Below are positions 8,735 to 14,187 of a stretch of 64,000 bases of DNA, piece after piece. The position numbers were made by a program, and so were the translations under genes. The stretch covers positions 145,633 through 209,632 of the forward strand of contig MEOQ01000012.1 of NCBI GenBank assembly GCA_001769275.1, read 5' to 3'. A model generated the notes under the pieces. That model saw nothing but the letters and a program-made list of their open reading frames with translations, did not search any database and was not told where the DNA came from. Source of the stretch: Bacteroidetes bacterium GWF2_43_63. GTDB lineage: Bacteria > Bacteroidota > Bacteroidia > Bacteroidales > DTU049. Position 1 is the stretch's first letter. Each line of letters starts with the position of its first letter.

Positions 8735-8791
8735 ATATTTCGCAAAAATACGAAATGTTTTTAATATTTCGCAAATTGACGAAATGTTTTT
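8735..8791 (-). promoter_or_regulatory. Tandem 29-bp duplication with two ATTTCG-N8-CGAAAT palindromes overlapping a predicted promoter
   Basis: atatttcgcaaaaatacgaaatgttttt and atatttcgcaaattgacgaaatgttttt were read directly. On the minus strand, TTTG (plus 8772-8775) lies 21 nt before TATTTTTG (plus 8743-8750). This matches the Bacteroidetes -33/-7 consensus, 23 nt upstream of the 8720 ATG. Confidence 0.5.
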
Positions 8792-8850
8792 TTACCCGGA
8801 CAGCCTGTCCGCACACTGGCGGAATTCCAGGTCAGCAAGACTGTAACAAT

Positions 8851-8889
8851 CCAACGCAGAGAGATTGCTTCGCAATGCACTCAGGTTGG
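8851..8889. repeat. Nested-hairpin intergenic repeat, permuted copy D
   Basis: Sequence ccaacgcagagagattgcttcgcaatgcactcaggttgg. It uses the same words (GCAGAGAG, GCACTCAG) as copy A but in swapped order, around an inner stem ATTGC..GCAAT. Confidence 0.5.
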
Positions 8890-8913
8890 ATTGACGCAAA
8901 ATATCGGGGAAGA

Positions 8914-9339
8914 TTATCCTTTTCTTTCTCTTGGGCGCAGCTGACACACGCAGCTTCCGCTCAGGCGCTCGTTTTTATCAATCATTACGGGCATACCGTC
9001 GCGTTCCCATTCTACCAGTCCTCCGGCCAGATTGATGATGTTTTCAAAGCCAAGATCCTTCAGAATAATCATGGCTTCATGGCTGAACAAACCGACGGAA
9101 TCGGCAACAATAAGCACTCGTTTATCGGGCAGATGTGATGCAAATTCGCGGAGCTTAATGTGATGACACGAAATGAATTCGGGCACGCCAAACTGTTTAA
9201 ATGCTGTCAGGGCAGGGTCGCGCACATCGAGCAGTAATGCACCATTCAGGCAGACCTCATACGCATCTTTCGGTGTGAGATTCAAAAATCCGGAAGATGT
9301 GAAAGTATTTTTGAAAATCTGGTCTGGTATGACTGTCAT
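8914..9339 (-). CDS. Rhodanese-homology domain protein with Asp in place of the catalytic Cys, plus a C-terminal CxC tail
   Basis: LLLDVRDP...RVLIVADSVGLFSHEAMIILKDLGFENIINLAGGLVEW aligns to a rhodanese fold. The active-site position reads D (ADSVGLFS). The tail is SGSCVCQLRPRERKG. Confidence 0.6.
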   Translation of the reverse strand: MTVIPDQIFKNTFTSSGFLNLTPKDAYEVCLNGALLLDVRDPALTAFKQFGVPEFISCHHIKLREFASHLPDKRVLIVADSVGLFSHEAMIILKDLGFENIINLAGGLVEWERDGMPVMIDKNERLSGSCVCQLRPRERKG

Positions 9340-9372
9340 AATTATAGCCGAAACAATAATTGTTGATAGTTC

Positions 9373-9380
9373 AAAGATAT
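9373..9380 (-). promoter_or_regulatory. Candidate -7 box TATCTTTG for the 8914-9339 gene
   Basis: Plus-strand caaagata. Matches the Bacteroidetes TAnnTTTG consensus, 34 nt upstream of the ATG. Confidence 0.35.
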
Positions 9381-9500
9381 TACAAAAAGCACTTCAATTC
9401 AAAATCGTTCGCAAAAATGTTATTGTGGAGTCAGAATCATCATATTCTATACACGCAACATCCCAAAAAAGTGAAAGCGCCATCAGCACGCTGAATAAAA

Positions 9501-10694
9501 CTACATCTCGTACATTTTTGTCAATTCCGGAGGCATTATAAAATCCCGGAAATTATCTGAATGAATGATCGTTCCGGAAATATTATAATTAGATGAAAAT
9601 GTTGAAGGAATTGCTTTCTTCCTTTTCGGATTGAACGTAAATTCAAATGCAGACAACTCGCCTTGCAGTTCTTCGACATAATCAATTTCCTGCTGAGCAG
9701 TAGTACGCCAAAAATATGAAGTAGCACTTGATTTTGAATAACTCAATAGTTTTTTTCTTTCACTCATTAAAAAGTTCTCCCACAAAGCTCCTTTGTCAGT
9801 ACGCAGATCAAATGGCTGCAACTGGCCTATGGCCGCATTCCGGATTCCATTATCGTAAAAGTAAATTTTACGACCTTCCTTGATTTCGTTGCGAAGATTA
9901 CGGCTATAAGATGGCAATCGGAAAATAACAAACGCTTTTTCAAGAATGTCGATATAACTGGCCACAGTTTTTGGATCAAGCCCGCACAATTGTGATACTT
10001 CACGATAGGATACTTCACTTCCGACTTGCCAAGCCAGCGCCTGAACCAAATTTCGCACTTCATCGGGCTTTCGAATATTTGAAAAAGTCAATATGTCTTT
10101 ATACAAATAACTATCGGTTAATTCAACAAGCACATCAGATGCAGCATGTGAATTCATCAAAACATCAGGATAAAAACCATACACCAGTCTGTTGCTCAAA
10201 TCCTGCTGAGACTTTACATATCCCGCGTAGTTTTGCCATTCATGCCAGCTAACCGGCCACATCATCGCAGTCCATTTTCTTCCGGTAAGTGGTTCGCTGG
10301 TTCTGTTCTGAAGATCGAATGAGGACGACCCGGAAAGGATCAATTGCACATCCTTAAAATGGTCTGTAATAATCTTTGAGGTCAGCCCGATTTCACTGAT
10401 TCGTTGACATTCATCAATAAACAACACCTTAGTTTTCCCAATAATATTTCTGAGCTGCTCAGTATTTGGCCTGTCCATAAGTTTTTGAATGGCAGGGTCA
10501 TCTCCATTTAAAATCAGAACATCCTCGTAGTCTTGCAGAATGGAATCAACCAAAGTACTTTTTCCAACCTGACGCGGCCCAATCAAAATGATTGCCTTGC
10601 GGTTGAACATTTTTTTCGTAATCCATGATTGAAGAATCCGCTTAATCATAACTGGAAATTTCTGCAAACATACAACATTTTCCTCATATATCAT
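9501..10694 (-). CDS. AAA+ ATPase (AAA_14 / DUF4143-type ATP-binding protein)
   Basis: Walker A LIGPRQVGKST and Walker B VLFIDECQ. The C-terminal half is typical of the DUF4143 family (FYFYDNGIRNA). Confidence 0.75.
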   Translation of the reverse strand: MIYEENVVCLQKFPVMIKRILQSWITKKMFNRKAIILIGPRQVGKSTLVDSILQDYEDVLILNGDDPAIQKLMDRPNTEQLRNIIGKTKVLFIDECQRISEIGLTSKIITDHFKDVQLILSGSSSFDLQNRTSEPLTGRKWTAMMWPVSWHEWQNYAGYVKSQQDLSNRLVYGFYPDVLMNSHAASDVLVELTDSYLYKDILTFSNIRKPDEVRNLVQALAWQVGSEVSYREVSQLCGLDPKTVASYIDILEKAFVIFRLPSYSRNLRNEIKEGRKIYFYDNGIRNAAIGQLQPFDLRTDKGALWENFLMSERKKLLSYSKSSATSYFWRTTAQQEIDYVEELQGELSAFEFTFNPKRKKAIPSTFSSNYNISGTIIHSDNFRDFIMPPELTKMYEM

Positions 10695-10776
10695 GTTTTT
10701 TGAGGATCTAATTCCTCATATATCATAATATTTGAGGATTTGAATCCTCATACATTATAGCTTTTGAGGAATTGCA
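10681..10776. repeat. Three tandem 32-bp repeats, each with inverted half-sites TCCTCA / TGAGGA; the first copy contains the ATPase start codon
   Basis: tcctcata[t/c]at[c/t]at occurs at 10681, 10713 and 10745. ttgagga occurs at 10700, 10732 and 10764. The period is exactly 32 nt. Confidence 0.8.
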
Positions 10777-10791
10777 TTGAACAAATCAATA

Positions 10792-11631
10792 TTAAAACCG
10801 CTTCAGATCAGCCTTTTTGAAATTCCACTCCGGTGTGCGAATATCATCGTTGCATTCAAGACTATACCAGGGGCTGATTTCGCTATTTGAAGGATTGATC
10901 AGAATCTGGATTTCCTGTGCGGGCATATAGCTCTGGGCAAGCAGAAAGCGCTTTTCGCCGGTTGTTTCATTCACAATCATATCCACTACAATCACTGCAT
11001 GTCCGGGCGAACCACCCTGAATCAATACATCGCCAGGCCGCATTCCGCCCCAATCAACAGCGGTCAATTCCTTTTCGAGCGACAAAGTGCCGGCATACAT
11101 AAAAACGGTTTCAAGATAACTCCACAAATCATCATAGGTGTTAGAAGCCTCTCTGCGAGGCACCCATCTGCAATTATTACCCTCCACAGAAATGCGTTGT
11201 CCGCTCATCCATTTTGAATAATCCGCGCGAAAACCACTGGTAAAATTGAAATGAATGGCGGAACATTTTTTCTGCTGCCACAAATATTCAGCGCGAAGCC
11301 TGATGACTGCGTCGGCGCACTGATGCAGGTTTTTGACACCTATTGGAAGATCAACCACGGCGCAATAAACACCATCGGACGATTTTTCGCGCCCATCGAA
11401 GTGCTTGACTTTTTCACCATCAGGCTTCAGCGGAAGTGATCGCAGATAAAAGGCAAAGCTTGTGGAATCCGCATCAATCCTGACAAATCCGTCGGGAACA
11501 ATAAAACGATCCTGAATAGTTAAGCCGTTTTTATTGACGACTGAATCATTTATCATCCCCCGCGACTGACTCCCACAGGAAAAGACAAGCAACATCAGCA
11601 CTGATGCAGATAAAAACTTTAGAGTCGTCAT
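10792..11631 (-). CDS. DUF4846-like lipoprotein, last gene of the radical SAM operon
   Basis: Start set at MTTLKFLSASVLMLLVFSCGSQ (lipobox), 1 nt after the rSAM stop. The 421-aa ORF-track version would overlap the rSAM gene by 425 nt. The GDVLIQGGSPGHAVIVVDM block is as I recall for DUF4846. Confidence 0.6.
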   Translation of the reverse strand: MTTLKFLSASVLMLLVFSCGSQSRGMINDSVVNKNGLTIQDRFIVPDGFVRIDADSTSFAFYLRSLPLKPDGEKVKHFDGREKSSDGVYCAVVDLPIGVKNLHQCADAVIRLRAEYLWQQKKCSAIHFNFTSGFRADYSKWMSGQRISVEGNNCRWVPRREASNTYDDLWSYLETVFMYAGTLSLEKELTAVDWGGMRPGDVLIQGGSPGHAVIVVDMIVNETTGEKRFLLAQSYMPAQEIQILINPSNSEISPWYSLECNDDIRTPEWNFKKADLKRF

Positions 11632-11632
11632 C

Positions 11633-12760
11633 TTATTTGCATGAAGCATTTGGATACAACTTATTATAATTACACTCCAGCGGATTTGGGTTACCGGGTT
11701 CGTGCAGATGCATACCATCGCCGCGACACCATTTCCACAGGTCGCAATCTTTGCAGATGCCGGTTTTAAATGGTTTTCGATCGCGAAATTCTTTGAAACG
11801 GTTGTCCCAGACATCAAGGAAATCGTTTTTATAAATATTGCCCTGCACGAAGCCACGGTTGATGTTGGGGCAAGCACAGATATCGCCGTTGGCCAATACT
11901 GAACCAACATGAATTCCGGCGCGGCAGAAGAAAACGCCATCGCGCACCAGTCCTTCGTAATCGCCAAGGAATCCATCGCAGCCAGTTGCAGCTTTGATTT
12001 TGCCTTCGGCACGTGTGCGCAAAATAAAATCGAACACTGCGCGAAATTTTTCATCATCGAGCATCAATTCAGGGTTTTTGGCTGCGCGACCAATGGGGTC
12101 GATCATAAACAAACGCCATCTTTTCACGCCAATATCAATAAGGAAATCTTTGATTTGATCAAGTTCCGCGAAGTTGCGCTGATTGACACAGGTGACTACA
12201 TCGTACACCATGCCTGGCTCTGCAGCCAGCAATTTTATGGCATTCACCGCACGTTCGAACGAACCTTCCCTGCCCCGCAACCAGTCGTGATTGGCTTTCA
12301 GCCCGTCGAGGCTGATGGTAGCAGATCTCAATCCGGCTTCGCGCAACGAGCGAAAACGTTCTGGCGTCATGGCGTAGCCGTTGCTCACCATACCCCAGGG
12401 GAATCCCATTTTTTTCAATTCAGCTCCGACTACTTCGAGATCTTTTCGTACAAGCGGCTCTCCGCCTGAGACTACGATCATCACTTTATTCGGATTGTAT
12501 CGTTTCGCCACCTGACGACAGACATTCAGAAAGTCTTCAGCAGGCATATCGGGCGCGTCTTCAACGATTTTGCAATCACTGCCACAATGCAGACAGGCAA
12601 TATTGCAGCGGGAAGTACATTCCCAGAAAAAATAGCTCAAATCGTGTAACTTGGCCTGCACACGCACATAGCGCGCATGGATATTGAATACCATTCGTTT
12701 CTTAAAGCGGAATCTTTTTCGCAGATTTGTCATATCAGTTTTATATTTGCGTCGGATCAC
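11633..12760 (-). CDS. Radical SAM enzyme with C-terminal SPASM/twitch-type Cys-rich domain
   Basis: Cluster motif CNIACLHC (CxxxCxxC) and the SAM-binding-type VSGGEPL. C-terminal Cys pattern: FFCRAGIHVGSVLANGDICAC ... CKDCDLWKWC ... C. Confidence 0.85.
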   Translation of the reverse strand: MIRRKYKTDMTNLRKRFRFKKRMVFNIHARYVRVQAKLHDLSYFFWECTSRCNIACLHCGSDCKIVEDAPDMPAEDFLNVCRQVAKRYNPNKVMIVVSGGEPLVRKDLEVVGAELKKMGFPWGMVSNGYAMTPERFRSLREAGLRSATISLDGLKANHDWLRGREGSFERAVNAIKLLAAEPGMVYDVVTCVNQRNFAELDQIKDFLIDIGVKRWRLFMIDPIGRAAKNPELMLDDEKFRAVFDFILRTRAEGKIKAATGCDGFLGDYEGLVRDGVFFCRAGIHVGSVLANGDICACPNINRGFVQGNIYKNDFLDVWDNRFKEFRDRKPFKTGICKDCDLWKWCRGDGMHLHEPGNPNPLECNYNKLYPNASCK

Positions 12761-12769
12761 TTACAATAA

Positions 12770-13093
12770 CTACTCAACAGTCGGCCTGAAATCAGGCAAA
12801 ACACCGTAATCAGTAGCTGGAAGCACTTCCGGATCATATACGGGTACAACCCCATACAAGGTCGGTGTCATGAGCGATTCGTCTATTATTTCTGCAGGCA
12901 CAACCGGAATGGGTTTGTTTTTATTTAATGCGCTATCGGCAGGATTTTTATGCCCGGTAATGGCTGCGTTTCCGAAAGAACTTCCGTTTGAACAGGACAC
13001 AGAAATGCCTCCTGCACTGAGAATAATCAGGAAGTTTCGCAGCAATGAAGCTGTTTTCTTTAAAAACCATTTATGTATATCCCCTGTCATCAT
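12770..13093 (-). CDS. YG-repeat lipoprotein-like small protein P1 (candidate rSAM substrate)
   Basis: 107 aa. N-terminal ASLLRNFLIILSAGGISVSC. C-terminal LYGVVPVYDPEVLPATDYGVLPDF. 9 nt upstream of the rSAM gene. Confidence 0.7.
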   Translation of the reverse strand: MMTGDIHKWFLKKTASLLRNFLIILSAGGISVSCSNGSSFGNAAITGHKNPADSALNKNKPIPVVPAEIIDESLMTPTLYGVVPVYDPEVLPATDYGVLPDFRPTVE

Positions 13094-13096
13094 TTG

Positions 13097-13465
13097 CTAA
13101 TTCTGAAAATCAGAAGGCGGGCCATACTTAGTCTGCATCGGCCTGTCCGTATTTACCGGAACACCATATTTCGTAACCATATTTCCCGGAAGAGGTTTAT
13201 AATTTGCCCTGGCAATGCTATCCTTGCGGACTTTGGCCAAAGAATCGGCACGAACCTGAGCGAGACTATCTTCCTTCACCATTGCAATGGAATCGAGGCT
13301 TTGCTGCTCTTTCGCTTTGTTCAGTGAATCCTGGTTGACGTTGTTTTCCGTTTTCCCGCTTCCCGAGCAAGCCGACATAAAACCGGCGATACCAATCACA
13401 GCCAACAGGTTCCGGAGGAAACGCGCATTTAGCGTGAGCAAACGATAGCGGATTTTGTGGCTCAT
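13097..13465 (-). CDS. YG-repeat lipoprotein-like small protein P2
   Basis: 122 aa. N-terminal ARFLRNLLAVIGIAGFMSAC. The middle has DSLAQVRA/DSLAKVRK/DSIARA repeats. C-terminal TKYGVPVNTDRPMQTKYGPPSDF. Confidence 0.7.
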   Translation of the reverse strand: MSHKIRYRLLTLNARFLRNLLAVIGIAGFMSACSGSGKTENNVNQDSLNKAKEQQSLDSIAMVKEDSLAQVRADSLAKVRKDSIARANYKPLPGNMVTKYGVPVNTDRPMQTKYGPPSDFQN

Positions 13466-13485
13466 GTGTTTTGGATTTTGATATT

Positions 13486-13549
13486 CAAAGATAGCAAATT
13501 ATCGTGGGCGAAGTGATTTCAGGATGTGCGAAGCTTCAAACATCGCACA
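13486..13549 (-). promoter_or_regulatory. Intra-operon hairpin (13525-13549) plus candidate -7 box TATCTTTG (13486-13493) in the only sizeable gap of the peptide array
   Basis: tgtgcga-N11-tcgcaca is a 7-bp stem. Plus-strand caaagata lies 21 nt upstream of the P2 ATG. Confidence 0.35.
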
Positions 13550-13564
13550 ACTTCTGCAACAGGG

Positions 13565-13864
13565 TTAATGATTTTGCTTCGGAGGGACAACGACGCCATA
13601 CAAAGTCACTTTGTGGATGGTGTCGTAATTGGGCGTAATCTGAATCACCCCATAGTCGGTCTGGATTTCGGGATCGTAATAATTCGGACGCGTTGTATCG
13701 GCAGGAATAATAACGATTGAATCTTGTTTCACGGGATCGGGCTCTGATACTTGCTTTTCAGAAGTTTTGCAGCTGGTTACAAAAACCGGAATGCTTAATA
13801 AAATGAGCAACCTGCGCAGCAAAGCAGCATTCAGATAATGTGCAATTTTAATTTTCACTTTCAT
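13565..13864 (-). CDS. YG-repeat lipoprotein-like small protein P3
   Basis: 99 aa. N-terminal YLNAALLRRLLILLSIPVFVTSC. C-terminal TDYGVIQITPNYDTIHKVTLYGVVVPP. Confidence 0.7.
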   Translation of the reverse strand: MKVKIKIAHYLNAALLRRLLILLSIPVFVTSCKTSEKQVSEPDPVKQDSIVIIPADTTRPNYYDPEIQTDYGVIQITPNYDTIHKVTLYGVVVPPKQNH

Positions 13865-13866
13865 AC

Positions 13867-14184
13867 TTATAACTCCGGAATTTCAAAATTATACTCAATA
13901 CTTTCCTGCAAAATTGGGGTGGCTACAACCCCGTAACAAGGTGTTATTACCGGACATTCATAAACAGGGATCAACGTATCGGCCTTTTTCACAATGATGG
14001 TGTCAATTGGCTTTGGTACTATAACAATCATTTGCCTTGTTGTGTCCGCAGCCATGGAACCACTTTGTACCTGCTGGGGCACATGGCATGCTGTTGCAAA
14101 CAGCGGCATACTCAATAAAACCAGCAACCGCCGAAGAAGAGCCGCATTCAAATAATTGAAAATATTTTTGCATTTTCTGCTCAT
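13867..14184 (-). CDS. YG-repeat lipoprotein-like small protein P4
   Basis: 105 aa. N-terminal YLNAALLRRLLVLLSMPLFATAC, near-identical to P3. C-terminal PVYECPVITPCYGVVATP. Confidence 0.7.
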   Translation of the reverse strand: MSRKCKNIFNYLNAALLRRLLVLLSMPLFATACHVPQQVQSGSMAADTTRQMIVIVPKPIDTIIVKKADTLIPVYECPVITPCYGVVATPILQESIEYNFEIPEL

Positions 14185-14187
14185 ACA

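Noticed and set aside
10681-10776. A possible mini-CRISPR or other array, suggested by three evenly spaced repeats.
   Set aside because: The units are directly adjacent with a 32-bp period and no unique spacers. There are only three copies, they overlap a CDS start, and no cas genes are present. This is a tandem repeat, not a CRISPR array.
10792-12057. A 421-aa ORF that would overlap the radical SAM gene by about 425 nt.
   Set aside because: The first 142 residues are Cys/Ala-rich nonsense read antisense-shifted over the rSAM coding region. A lipoprotein signal (MTTLKFLSASVLMLLVFSCGS) starts at the ATG at 11631, exactly 1 nt after the rSAM stop. I therefore call 10792-11631.
11633-12760. The rSAM/SPASM enzyme as an anaerobic sulfatase-maturating enzyme (anSME).
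   Set aside because: No sulfatase gene lies nearby, and none of the adjacent small proteins has the C/S-x-P/A-x-R sulfatase motif. The gene is embedded in a tight operon with five paralogous peptides. Exclusion still needs a phylogeny.
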